From contig NC_087472.1 in assembly GCF_036321535.1 (NCBI RefSeq), forward strand, positions 93,374,001 to 93,438,000: a DNA stretch of 64,000 nt, written 5' to 3'. This DNA comes from Camelus dromedarius (lineage: Eukaryota). The notes under the pieces are model-generated. The model had not been told where the DNA came from. It searched no databases and saw only the letters and a program-made list of their open reading frames with translations. Position numbers and translations under genes: made by a program. How positions within the stretch are numbered: the first letter of the stretch is position 1; every line of letters begins with the position of its first letter. Below are positions 13,698-26,062 of the stretch, piece by piece.

Positions 13698-15239
13698 AAA
13701 GATAAATACTGGGAATGAAATGTACAACATAATGACTATAGTTAACACTGATATATTGTATATCTTAAGTTGCTAAGAGAGTAGATTATAAGAGCTCTCA
13801 CTACAAAATAATTTTTTCCTTTTCTTTTTACTGTATCTATATAAGATGATAGATAACTAAATTCATTGTGGTAATCATTTCACAATATATATAAATCAAG
13901 CCATTATGCTGTATACCTTAAACCTTCACAGTACTGTATGTCAATTATATATCAATAAAACTGAAAAAAAATGAAGTTAATTTTTTTTACTATGTTTCAA
14001 TTAAAAAAACTATAGCACAGTCTTTAAGCTATTTCCTACTTCTTTGTAAACTGCAGGTAACTGATGGATATGCAAATTATATCATCTGATAGAAATTTAT
14101 CTGACTTTCTCTCTCACTGTGGAAAAACCATTTTTTGGTATCTACCTGTAAATGGGAATGAATCCTATTACCTTGTCCAAATTATCAACTTGCACCAAAT
14201 TTTTCATTCTTCCAATTTTTTTCAATATTTGACTACATCTCTCTAATCTAACATTTGCAGGTATTCTTGCTCACTCTTACCTTGGCATCACTGAGAACTA
14301 AAACCTGACTACCAGATTCTTATAGGGACTCTAGGTGGCTTCATAGCTGGCCTTTTCTCCAGGCTATAAAGGAGCAATGCTGAGCTAAAGCCAGACCACC
14401 TTGATATATGCCTTGAAGGATTCATCACTGCAGCAGACTATGCATGAGCTGATTTCTTCCTTGACAAGTGTCTGGGCCACTAAGAAATTCTGGTGAAATG
14501 CTCAGGCAATGCATGCCCTTATAAGAGAGGTAACAAAGACTGTAGATGACACACTAAGAACATCAAAAACTCAATAACCAGCCATTTTCTGGAACTTGGC
14601 CAAAATAGCAGAGTAGGAAGAACTTGAGCTCACCTCCTCCCATGGGTACACCAAAATTACATCTATTAACAGAGCTCCTACTTATGAGAAAGACCAGAAT
14701 CTAGCAGAAAAGATCTTCTACAATTAAAGATATAAAGGAACTGCAACAAGACATGTAGGAGAGGCAGAGCTGCAGCATACTCAAGATGTGTACCCCTGGG
14801 TGGGCAACCCACAAATAAGAGAATAACTACAACTGCAGAGGTTCTCCCCAAGGAGCAATGGGTCTGAGCCCCACATAGGGATCCCTAGCCCAGGAGTCCT
14901 GCACTGGGAAGATGAGCCCCCAGAATGTTTGGCTTTGAAGGTCAATGGAGCTTGCTTCCCGGAGAGCTAGAGTGCTGTGGGAAATAAAGACTCCACTCCC
15001 AAAGGGTGTATGCAAAATCTCACATGCTCCAGAACCCAGGGCAGAAGCAGTAATTTGGAAGGAGCCTGGGTCAGGCCCACCTGCTGACCTTGGAGAGTCT
15101 TCTGGAGAGGCTGGAGGCAATTGGAGCTCATCCTGAAGACACAGACACTGGCAGCAGCCATTTTCAGGAGCTCATTACACCTCGTGGATATTGGTGCTGG
15201 CAAGCACCATTTTGGAATGCTCCATCTAGCTTATTAACA

Positions 15240-16660
15240 CTAGGACTTGGCCCCACCCACTAGTCTGTCTGCTCCAGCAATAAGATGTATCAGGCCAAGC
15301 ACACACACACAGGCCAACCCACCACCAGGCAGGCTGCCTTAAGAACTCCTGAGCCCAAAGTGGCTCTACAACATAGCCCTGGCCCCACACACTGGTGCAC
15401 AAGCACTATTCCTGGGATCTCCAGGGTCCTGCAGCCAGAGATCCCAGGACCCAGTCCTGCCCACCAGTGGGCAGGCACCACAGTTCCCCTGAGTCACAGT
15501 CTGACCCACCAGTGGACCACACAGCAACTCTGAGAATCCCAGGACCCTTCAACCAGAGACCCTGGGACCTGGGTCTGCCTACCAGTGAGCTGGCACTGGC
15601 CCCAGGATTCCCCTGGGCCTTGGTCCTACCCACCAAAGGGCCAGTACTAGCCCCAAGTCCAGCTTCACACACTAGTGGGCAGGCACCAGCCCTAGGACAC
15701 CCTGGGCACAGTCTCACCCACCAGCAGGTCAATACCAGCTCTAATACACCTCAGGCCACTCAGCCAGCCATCCTAGGATGTAGTCCCACCTACAAGTAGG
15801 GCAATACCAGTTCTAAACCCCCTGGACCTCAGCCCCACCCACCAGTGGTTCAACACCTGCTCTGGGACCCATGGCCCTGCAGCCAGAGAACCTAGGACAT
15901 GGCTCTGCCTGCCAGAGGACTGGCATCAGCCACAGGACCTGGCTGCACTCACTAGTGGGTGAGCACCAGCCTCAGGATCCCCTGGGTCACAATTCCACCC
16001 ACCAAGTACATACACAACAGCCTCAGGACTACTGCAGCCCTACAGCCTACCTTTTCAAGACCCAGCCAACATACTAGCACATTGGCACCAGCACTGGGAC
16101 ACTCAGGGGCCTGCCAGCATGCCAATACCAGCTCCAGAACTCTTTGTGTCCCTCAGTCAGTGGCCATGGGATCCAGCTCCATCTACCAGTGGGCTGACAC
16201 CAGCTTCAGGACCCACAGGGCCCTACAGCTTGACCTCTGGGACCTAGGTCCACATACCAGTGAGCAGGCACTAGCCTCAGGACCCCCTGGGACCCAGTAC
16301 CACCCACCAGCAAGCCAACACCAGCTTCAAGATACCTTGGACTCCTCAGCCAGCTTCCCTGGGATCCAGCCTCACTCACTAGTGGGCCAGCACCAGCTTT
16401 GAGACACCCCAGAATCTGCAACCAGTTGTGTCGGGAACCACCTGCACCCACCATCAGGCTAACACTATATCTGGGGGCATCAACCCTCACAACCACCCAC
16501 CCCAGCTCTGCCTACCAGTGAGCCAGCACTAGCCCTGGGAGCCCCCAGGGTTCCACAGCCAGCCACCTCATGGCCTGGCACTGCCAACCAGTAGCCAGCA
16601 GCCTCCACACAAGGCAGGACCTGGCAACCAATGGGACAGGGGTCCAGCCACACCTACCAG
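15240..16660 (+). repeat. Degenerate C-rich tandem array in the L1 5' UTR
   Basis: Recurring cccaccagtgggc / ccagcactagccc / ccctgggacc / cctgcagccagaga motifs. Confidence 0.8.
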
Positions 16661-18026
16661 ACCATCCATAGTAACTGGCCCACAACAACAGAAGAACCTA
16701 TGCAGCATACACGGTGGGTACCACTAGAGCATATAGGTCTGGTAACCAGAGGGGAATACACTGCTGGGATGCATAGGAAGTCTTCTAGAAAAGGCTACTT
16801 CTCCAGGGTCATGAAACATAACCAACCTACCAGATATATAGAAATAAAAACAGCAAATTAGGCAAAACAAGGCAACAAAGGAACATGTTCCAAACGAAGA
16901 AACAAGATAAAAATCCTGAAGAAAAACTTCAGGAGAGATAGGCAATCTACCCAAAAAAGGGTTCAAGGTAATTGTAAAGATGACCAAAGAACTTGGGAGA
17001 AGAATGGATGAAAAGAGTGAGAAGTTAGTTTTTAATAAAGAGTTATAAAATATAAAGAACAACCAAACGATGAAGAATACAATAACTTAAAATGAAAAAT
17101 ACACTAGAAGGAATTAAAAGTAGATTAAATTATATAGAGGAATAGATCAATGAGCTAGAAGACAGAGTAGTGGAAATCACTGAAGCTGAACTGAAAATAT
17201 AATAAAAAGAAATGAGGACAGTTCAAGAGGCCTCTGGGACAACATCACACATAATAATACTTGCATTGTAGGTGTCTCAGAAAGAGAAGAGAGAGAAGGC
17301 ACTGAGAACCTATGTTAAGATGTAATAGCTGAAAACTTTCCTATCTTGGGAAAGGAAACAGTCATCCAGGTCCAGGAAACATAGAGAGTCCCAAACAGAA
17401 ACAACCCAAAGAAGACCACAGCAAGATACAATGTAATAAAATGGCAAAAATTAAAAATAAAAAGAAAATATAAAAAGCACAAAGGGAAAAGCAACAAATT
17501 ATGTACAAGGAGACTCCCACAGGTTATCAGTTGACTTCTCAACAGAAACTCTACAGGCCAGAGGGAGGGGCAAGATACATTTAAAGTGATGAAAGAGAAA
17601 ACCTAACTATATCTGGCTAAGTTTTCATTCAGATTTGATGGAGAAATAAAATGTTTTACAGACAAGCAAAAGCTAAGAGTTCACACTACCAAACCAGCTT
17701 TACAAGAAATGTTAAAGGGATTTCTTTAAGCAAAAAAGAAAAGACTACAATTAGAAGCATGAAAATTACAAAAGGAAAAAGCTCATTGGTAAAAGCAAAT
17801 TAACAGCAAATGTAGTAAATCAACCACATACAAACCTAGTAGGAAAGTTAAAAGACAAAAGTAGTAAAGGTATCTATATCCATAGTAAGAAGTTAAGGAA
17901 TATACAAAACAAAAAAAAAAAAAGTAAAATATGATGTCAAAAACAGTAATGTGGGGGAAGGCAAATAAAAATGTAGGGTTGTTAAAATGTGTTTGAAATT
18001 AAGAGATAAGTAACTTAAAATAATCA

Positions 18027-18090
18027 TATATGTATCTATCTATATATATATATACACACACACACACACATACACACACACACATACATA
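18027..18090. repeat. (TA)n(CA)n microsatellite in the L1 inter-ORF spacer
   Basis: Directly visible. Confidence 0.9.
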
Positions 18091-21000
18091 GATTACTATA
18101 TAAACCTCATGGTAACCACAAACCATAAGTCTATAATACATACACACACACAAAATAAAAAGAATCCAAACATAGTACTAGTCATCAAATCAAAAAGGAA
18201 GAGAACAGAAGGAGAAGAAGGAAACAAAAAGAACTCAAAAACAATTAGCAAAATGGCAATAAGTACATACCTATCAATAACTACTTTAAATATAAATAGA
18301 CTAAACTCCAACCAAAAGATATCGGGTGGATGAATGGACACAAAAACAAGACCCATATATATGCTGCCTACAAGGGACTCATTTCAGATCTAAAGACACA
18401 CACAGACTGAAAGTGAGGGGATGGAAAAAGGTATTTTATGCAAATGTAAATCAAAAGAAAGCCAGGATAGCAATACTTGTATCAGACAAAATAGACTTTA
18501 AAACAAAGACTGTTGCAAGAGACAAAGAAAGACATTACATAAAAATCAAGGGATCAATCCAAGAAGAATATATAATTTTAAATACATATGCATTCAACAC
18601 AGGAGTACCTAAATACCTAAAGCAAATACTAACAGACATAAAGTGAGAAATTGACAGTATTGGTAGGGGGCTTTAACACCCCACTTACATCATTGGGCAG
18701 ATCATCCGGACAGAAAATCAATAAGGAAACACAAGCCTTAAATGACACATTAGACCAAATGGTCTTAGTAGAAATATATAAAACATTCCATTGAAGGCAG
18801 CAGAATGCACATTCTTCTCAAGTGCACATGGTACATTCTCCACTATACATCACATGCTGAGCCACAAAACAAGTCTCAGTAAATTTAAAAAGATTGAAAT
18901 CATATCAAGCATCTTCTTTGATCACAATGCTGTGAGACTAGAAATCACCCACTAGGGAAAAAAACTGCAAAAAACATAAAACACCTGGAGTCTAAACAAT
19001 ATGCTACTAAATAACCAATGGATCATTGACAAAATCAAAGAAGAAATAAAAAAATATTTGGAGACAAATAAAAAGGGAAACACAGTGATCCAAAAATCTA
19101 TGGAATGCAGCAAAAGAATCTAAGAGGGAAGTTTACAGCAATACAAGCCTACCTCAGGAAACAAGAAAAATCTCAAATAATCAACAACCCAAACCTTACA
19201 TCTAAAGGAGTTAGAAAAAGAAAATAAACAAAACCCAAAGTTTGAAGAAGGAAAGAAACTATACAGATCAGAGAAGAAACAAATTAAATAGAGACTAAAA
19301 AGAAAAGACCAATGAAAATAAGAGCTGGTTCTTTGAAAAGATAAATAAAATTGATAAACCTTTAGTAAGATTCATAAAGAAAAAAAGAGAGAGGGCCCAA
19401 ATCAGTAAAGTCAGAAATGAAAAAGGATAAGTTACAAATGAAAACACAGAAATACAAAGAATCATAAGAGAATCATCATGAGTAACTATATACCAATAAA
19501 ATGGACAGCCTAGAAAAAATGGACAAATTCTTAGGAATATACAATCTCCTAAGACTGAACCAGGAGGAAATCGATGATATGAACAGATTCGTTACCAGTA
19601 ATGAAATTGAATCAGCAATTTAAAAACTCTCAACAAACAAAAGTCCACGACCAGATGGCTGGCTTCACATGCGAATTCTGACAAACATTTAGAGCAAAGT
19701 TAACACCTATCCTTCTCAAACTATTCCAAAAAATTGCAGAGGAAATAATGCTTCTGAACTCATTTTCTGAGGCCAGCATTGGTTTGATACCAAAAACCAG
19801 ACAAGTATTTCATTAAAAAAGAAAATTATAGACCAATGACACTGATGAACATAGATGCAAAAATCCTCAACAAAATATTAGGAAACCAAACTCAACAATA
19901 CATTAAAAAGACCATACATTATGATTAAGTGGGATTTAACCCAGGGATGCAAGGATTGATAGTTCAATATCTGCAAATCAATCAATGTGATACACCACAT
20001 TAATAAACTGAAGAATAAAAATCATATGAATATCTCAACAGATGCAGAAAAACCTTTTGATAAAATTCAACATTCACTTATGATAATACCTCTCCACAAA
20101 ATGGGTATAGAGCAGACACATCTTAATAAAATGAAGGGCAAAAATGATAAGCCCACAGCTAACATCATAATCAACTGTGAACTGCTGAAAGCATTTCCTT
20201 TAAGATCAGGAACAAGACAAGGATGCTTATTCTCACCACCTTTATTCAACACAGTACTGGAAGCCCTAGCCACCTAGCCACAGTAATCAAACAAGAAAAA
20301 GAAACAAAAGGAAAACAAATTCGAAAGGAAAAAGTAAAACTGTCACTGTTTGCGGATGACATAATTCCATACATAGAAAATCCTCAAGATGCCACCAAAA
20401 ACAACTAGAGCTCATCAATGAATTTGACAAAGTTGCAAGATACAAAATTAATATGCAGAATCTGTTGCACGTCTATACTCTAACAATGAACTACCAGAAA
20501 GAGAAATTTACCCGTTTATCATTGCATCAAAAAGAATAACATACCCAGGAATAAATCTAACTAAGGAAGTAAAACACTTATACTCAGAAAACTATAAGAC
20601 ACTGATGAAAGAAACTGAAGACAACACAAACAGATGGAAAGATACACTGTGTTCATTGGGAGAATTAATATTGTTAAAATGACCATACCACCCAACACAA
20701 TTTACAGATTCAGTACAATCTCTATCAAAACATCAAGGGCATTTTTCACAGGAGCAGAACAAATAATTCTAAAATTTGTATGGAAACACAAAAGACCCTG
20801 AATAGTCAAAGCAATTATGAGAAAAAAGAACAGAACTGGAGGTATCATACTCCTTGACTTCAGACTATACTGTAAAGCTGTAGTAATCAAAACAATATAG
20901 TACTGGCACAAATACAGACACGTAGATCAATGGAACAGAACAGAGAGCCTGGAAATAAACCCATGCACATATGTTCAATTAATTTACCACAAAGGAAGCA

Positions 21001-22736
21001 AGACTATACAATGGAGAAAAGACAGTCTCTTCAATAAGTGGTGCTGGGAAAACTGTACAGCAACATGTAAAAGAAGATCAGAACATTTCCTCAAACCATA
21101 TACAAAAATAAACTCAAAATGGATTAAAGACCTAGAGATAAGACGTTAAGCCATAAAACTCCTAGAAGAGAACATAGGCAGAGCACTCTTTGACATAAAT
21201 TGTAGCAATATTTTTTGGGATCTGTTTCATAAGGCAAAAGAAATAAAAGTAAAAATAAACAAATGGGACCCAATTAAACTTCAAAGCTTTTGTACAGCAA
21301 AGGAAACCAACAATATAGCAAAAAGAAAACCTACTGGATGGGAGAAAATATTTGCAAATAATATGACCAATAAGGAGTTAATACCCAAAATTTAGAAGCA
21401 GCTCATACAACTCAATATCAAAAACAACCCAATTAAAAAACTGGCAGAACACCTAAATAGACACTTCTCCAAAGAAGATATACAAGTGGCTAACAGGTAT
21501 ATTAAAAAATGCTTAACATTGCTAATCACCAGAGAAATGCAAACCAAAACCACAATGAGATATCACCTCACATCTGTCAAAATGGCAATACACAGAAAGA
21601 CCACAAATAACAAATGTTGGTGAGGATGTGGAGAAAAGGGAAAACCTGTACACTGTTGGTGGGAATGTAAATTGGTGTAGCCACGGTGGGAAACAATATG
21701 GACTTTCCTCAAAAAAAAAAACCAAATATGGAAATACCATATAATTCAGCAATTCCAGTCCTGGGTATACACCTGAAGAAAAAGAAAACACTAATTTAAA
21801 AAGATACATGCACCCCAACGTGCATAGCAGCATTATTTACAATAGCCAAACTATGGAAGCAACCTAGATGGTTATCAACAGATGAATGGGTAAAGAAGAT
21901 GTGGTATATACATACAGTGGAACATTACTCAGTCATAAGGAAAAAGAATGAGATTCTGCCATTTGCAACAACATGGATGGACCTAGAGAGTATTATGCTT
22001 AGTGAAATGTCAGACAGAGAAAGACAAATACTCTATATTATCAGTTATATGTGGAATCTATAAAGTAAAACAAATGAATGTATATAACAAAACAGAAACA
22101 GACTCACAGATATGTAGAACTAACTAGTGGTTATCAATAAGGAGAGGGAAGGGGGGGCAAAATAGGGGTAGGGGTTTAAGAGATATAAACTACTATGTAT
22201 AAAATAAATAAGCAACAAGGACATATTGTACAGCACAGAGAATATAGCCAATATTATAACTTTAAATGGAGTATGATCTACTAAAATTTTGATTCACTGT
22301 GTTCTACACCTAAAACTAATATAATAATGTAAATTAACTATACATCAATTTAAAAAAAAAAAAACAAGGAAAAACCTCAATGACCAATGTTGCATCATTG
22401 AAAGATTTTCATCCACTGACCTCTGGGAATTCACTGGCCTGGATACCCTAGTTTTGACTCCTGGCTCTTTAACATGATCTTTTATAATATTTACCTTTTT
22501 GCATTTTGGGCATTGCTCTTTTCATCTGCCTCATCTGTTGAACCCTAAAACAACTGATCTCTGCCAGGTGGTCCTATAGATGGTTCTACTGGTCCTAAAG
22601 GAACAAGGAACAACAACACAGAGAAAACATTGACCCTTAGGAGTATTTCCTTAGCTGTCACCTACTTCAGATTCCCCTTATCCCTGATGTGTTCAAGGGC
22701 AGTATCATTGAGCCTTTTTTGAACAAAAGAAGGGAC

Positions 22737-23188
22737 TGACAAGATTGATCAAACTTTATACTTGACATAGCTTTAGACTGGCTTGCCTAGGACCTATAGG
22801 CCCTAAACTTAAACTTTATGTGAATGTCTTAACTATAACTTGTTTGCTTCCTTTAGGTCCAAACTACTGATGTAGGTGCTTAAGCACAAATAAACATTTC
22901 CTGCTGCCACCTTTGCTTCATTGAAATATTTGATATAGCTGTTATGTTGTAAGCCCTTCCGCTTGCAGTTTTTAGCATCCTCCTTCCTCCTTCCACAGCC
23001 TCCTATCCCGTGGTTGCTGTATACAAAGGCTTTGCTTGCCCAGCCCTTTCCTAAGTTGTTTCTGGCTTAGTCTTTAAACACCTCCCAGTGCAATTTTCAC
23101 TCTTCCCCTATTGCAGTGGTCACTCAGTAAAGTCTTTCCTTACTAATTTCCAGAGTGTTTTTTTGTTTTGTTTTGTTTTGTCTGTACA
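22737..23188 (+). mobile_element. 3' LTR of the class I ERV (MER31/MER67-like)
   Basis: TG...CA ends, preceded by a PPT; agtaaa poly(A) signal at ~23126 in an attgcagtggt...agtaaagtctttcctt context. Confidence 0.7.
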
Positions 23189-23194
23189 GGACAT

Positions 23195-24125
23195 TCCAGT
23201 CACCAGCCTGCCGGCGTCCAGGGAAAACGAGCATCCCCCTGCAAGGAACTAGGGCTCTTCTGCCTACCAGGAACTAGACTGCCCGCGTTCAGGGGAATAG
23301 AAAACTTTTCCTTTTCAGCCACCATCCTTCCCGCGGGCTGATGCCCAGGGGTTTCTTCCAAGCTCCCCGCGTGGTACGGAACCTACGGCCCCTTCAACAA
23401 CCATCCTTGCCGCATGCTGCTGCCCTGGGGGTCCTTTCCAGTCACTGAACCCCCCCTTAAGCTCAGGACCCGATGGCCTAGTCAGTGACTGTATGGTTCA
23501 TGCACTGAGGACCCTAGGGACCAGACCCTGCAGGCCACCACCAAGCCTGCCCATTGCGGCATCCAGTCCTTTCCCGCCATTTACCTGTACGAGTGCTATA
23601 AAACAAGGCACCTTCCAGTCACCGTTCGGACCACGCGCTGTTGACCCTGGGGTCCTCCTGGCCACTTCCGTCCTTGGAGCTGGTCCCCCTGGGGGCTCCT
23701 CTGAGAGGATCGTGCCCTCCTCCACACGCGAGCCCACGCACTAAGGTTCAGGAAGCCCCGCCCACCACCAGCCCGCCTGCGCGCTGGCCGCGGGAGTCTC
23801 GCGCTGGTCTCCTCACACGCTGAGGGCCCAGTCAGGCCCGGAAGCAGCGACGACCAGTCCTGGTGACGTGACTGCGTCAGTGGCAGCTTCCTGAATCCTG
23901 GCCACCTCACACCATGTCCAGGGCCTGTCGTTTGCCTCTTGTGGTGGAGCGGAGAAGCTGGAGGAGCAAAATGCCCAAAGGCATGAGGGGCTGAAGGTGA
24001 GCTCGGCCTCTTGGACACTTACATGTCTTGGGACCCGCCTCAGCCGCTGTGTCCCAAGTGAAATAGATGCCGCCTTGTGCCGACGACTATGACGGAGCCG
24101 CGCCTCGCTGGCCAGACAGGTGAGT
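23195..24125. promoter_or_regulatory. CpG-island-like promoter, probably bidirectional
   Basis: About 50 CpGs in ~0.9 kb by hand count, against near absence elsewhere. GC box ccccgccc ~23756, tgcgcgc ~23778, tctcgcg ~23797, ccggaag ~23838, tgacgtga ~23864 and tgcgtca ~23873. Confidence 0.75.
23870..24119 (+). other. Candidate first exon of an unidentified + strand transcript
   Basis: Consensus donor CAG|GTGAGT at 24119/24120, at the CpG island edge; alternative donor AAG|GTGAGC at 23996/23997. The start is a guess. Confidence 0.5.
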
Positions 24126-24820
24126 GGAGCCCCTGACAAGGCCAAGGGACAGGTCAGCAGCCAGCAGATGGGCAGGTGGCCTGCTCTAAGGTCTGGAGAG
24201 TGGGTGAGAGAAAAAAACAGAACAACGCCCTGCCTTGGGCTAGCAGAGAGAGCCCAACGTTTTGAAAGATGCATGGGCCATTTATAAAAGGCTTAATTTG
24301 TATAATATAAAAAGACTTATCAAAAATTTTCCCTCAGCCTTTTAGAAGACAACTGAAAATTCTTGTGGCGCTGTATCTCTAGGCTTCTAGACCCAATGAG
24401 GTTGCTAACATTGGATTGAAACTAGGGTAAGACATCACAGGTCTTATTAAGTAAATTTTTTGTTTAAAAAACAATCTTAAGAAACAAAGGTCTTCTGGTA
24501 TGACTTTTGGAAATGGAATCTTTATGCCGCCACTTAGAAGGAACACCAGAAGCCATACACACATTTGTTTAGTGGGTTACAGGAGGTGGGGCAAAAGGCC
24601 TTGGGAAGAAAGTAAGGAAGGAGTTCATTTTTAGAAGATATTTTCATGTTATAACCATAGTTTTATACATTTTATTCCTTCTGTATACATAGTTGATAAG
24701 CTTATGCTCTCTTTTTGAAATGTCTAATTTTTATGTTCCAAATTTTCTGAGATGCACAAAGTGTGTTAAAAGTAGAGGTAGTAAAACAAATTTTGTTAAC
24801 ATTTTATTAAAATTCAAATG

Positions 24821-24913
24821 GGGGGAGGGTATAGCTCAGTGATAGAGCACATGCATGAGGTCCTGGGTTCAATACCCAGAACCTCCATTAAAAAATAAAA
24901 TAAGACTTATTAA
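24821..24913 (+). mobile_element. tRNA-derived SINE (camelid Vic-1-like)
   Basis: A box tagctcagtgatag, B box ggttcaatacc, A-rich tail. TSD aaaattcaaatg (24809-20) / aaaattcatatg (24914-25). Confidence 0.9.
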
Positions 24914-25970
24914 AAAATTCATATGAAATCGATCTTCTGGAAATGAAATGGCTTAAACCTCCTCTTTGAGGTGTATTTTGTTTTGCTCTGTTTATAGTCC
25001 ATAATGGACAAATAAATCCTATTTTGCAACATCTAGTATTCCGATGTTTAAGAATTATACAAATTCTTAATTGTATCAGTAAAATTAGCCCATTTGTATA
25101 CTTTGTGTTGAAACTTGTAGGAAAGCTTGTCCTCTGTAAAATACTTTTGGAAATGAATTTGAATTTGTTCAACCACCTCTGAGCAATATACTTGTCTATA
25201 CTTGTCCACTGTACTAGTGGTATAGAGGAAAAGGTGAGGAGGACATGGTTGAGGGCCAGGATGGTCATAACAAGTCACCTCAGACCATTATCTTTTGTTA
25301 CATGTGCAGGTTTGTTTAATGGTACTGTGTATAAAGTGGACAAGTAAGTTCTTGTTTTAGGTAGCTAAAATTTCTAAATATTTGGAAATGCCCAAGGTAT
25401 TTTAAGTGGTGGTAGTAAAATAGGACTTTTGAATACCTGTGAAAGTATTGATGGGAATTATTTACTTTGGAAATGTAATTTATAAACCACTTCTGTGAGC
25501 AGTATACTATCTGTTTTTGAGCATTGGGTGGAAGGACATTGGAAAAAAGAATTGCAAAGGCAAGATATTCCCCTCACTATTGTGTGTATAGTTAACTATG
25601 TTATGCCCTTTTTTGACCTAGTTTTTCTACATGTTCTGAAATGCACAAAGTATATTAAAAGTAGAAATAGTAAGGTAACACATTTTGTTAATATTTTTTT
25701 TTTGGTTAAAATTCACATGAAATCTTGTCTTAGGGGAAGGAATGGCTAAACCTTCTCTTTGAGCAGTACCCATTGTACTTATTATATACTGGGTCAAACA
25801 AAGAGGGAGGAGAAAACTGATGTATGTGTAAACTTTTGGCTGTACTATATGAATAAATTGTAAAACAACTCAGTAGAAACACCTTCTACTTATTATTTTA
25901 ATAGTATAGACCTGATAATTAATTCTCCTACAAACATTATACTTACTGTACTCCATTGCTTTGTGTCTTA

Positions 25971-26062
25971 ATTTTTTTTTAACAGAGGTACTGGTGATTG
26001 AACCCAGGACCTCCTGCATGCTAAGCATGTGCTCTACCCCTGAGCTATTCAGCAGCCCCACC
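25971..26062 (-). mobile_element. tRNA-derived SINE (camelid Vic-1-like)
   Basis: Reverse complement has tagctcaggggtagagcacatgcttagcatgcaggaggtcctgggttcaatc. TSD ttgctttgtgtct at 25956-68 and 26063-75. Confidence 0.9.

Larger units (their letters stand above)
11237..13970 (+). mobile_element. 5'-truncated L1MA9-like element, interrupted by a younger L1
   Basis: ORF2 end plus 3' UTR at 11237-11903; resumes ~13700 and ends gtcaattatatatcaataaaactgaaaaaaa. Confidence 0.8.
14581..22370 (+). mobile_element. Full-length (~7.8 kb) inactive LINE-1
   Basis: 5' UTR with C-rich tandem repeats, ORF1 remnant ~16855-17760, ORF2 remnant ~18253-22060 (EN motif ICCLQGTHF; RT motifs GTRQGC and LFADD), 3' UTR and poly(A). 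TSD aaaaactcaataacca (14565-14580) / aaaacctcaatgacca (22371-22386), 14/16 identical. Confidence 0.95.
8340..22736 (+). mobile_element. Class I ERV (MER4-group-like) degenerate internal region in three pieces: 8340-11235, 13990-14580, 22371-22736
   Basis: AT-rich int-like sequence, collinear across the L1 insertions. Ends in a hydrophobic env-TM-like stretch and polypurine tract aaaagaagggac directly before an LTR. Family assigned from memory. Confidence 0.6.

Noticed and set aside
15240..16660. CRISPR-like repeat-spacer array
   Set aside because: Eukaryotic DNA; degenerate repeats with no unique spacers, lying inside an L1 5' UTR.
2265..22060. Many 60-190 aa ORFs as host genes
   Set aside because: They are sense fragments or antisense shadows of L1 ORF1/ORF2, or chance ORFs in the GC-rich L1 5' UTR.
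14581..22370. Active, retrotransposition-competent L1
   Set aside because: Both ORFs are broken into pieces of about 100 aa or less, and the 5' UTR CpGs have decayed.
23493..24274. Overlapping ORFs in the CpG island as a CDS
   Set aside because: Expected in GC-rich DNA; at least one starts at GTG, and I recognise no protein similarity. A short coding first exon cannot be fully excluded.
24821..26062. tRNA genes
   Set aside because: A/B boxes are followed by A-rich tails and flanked by TSDs, so these are SINEs.
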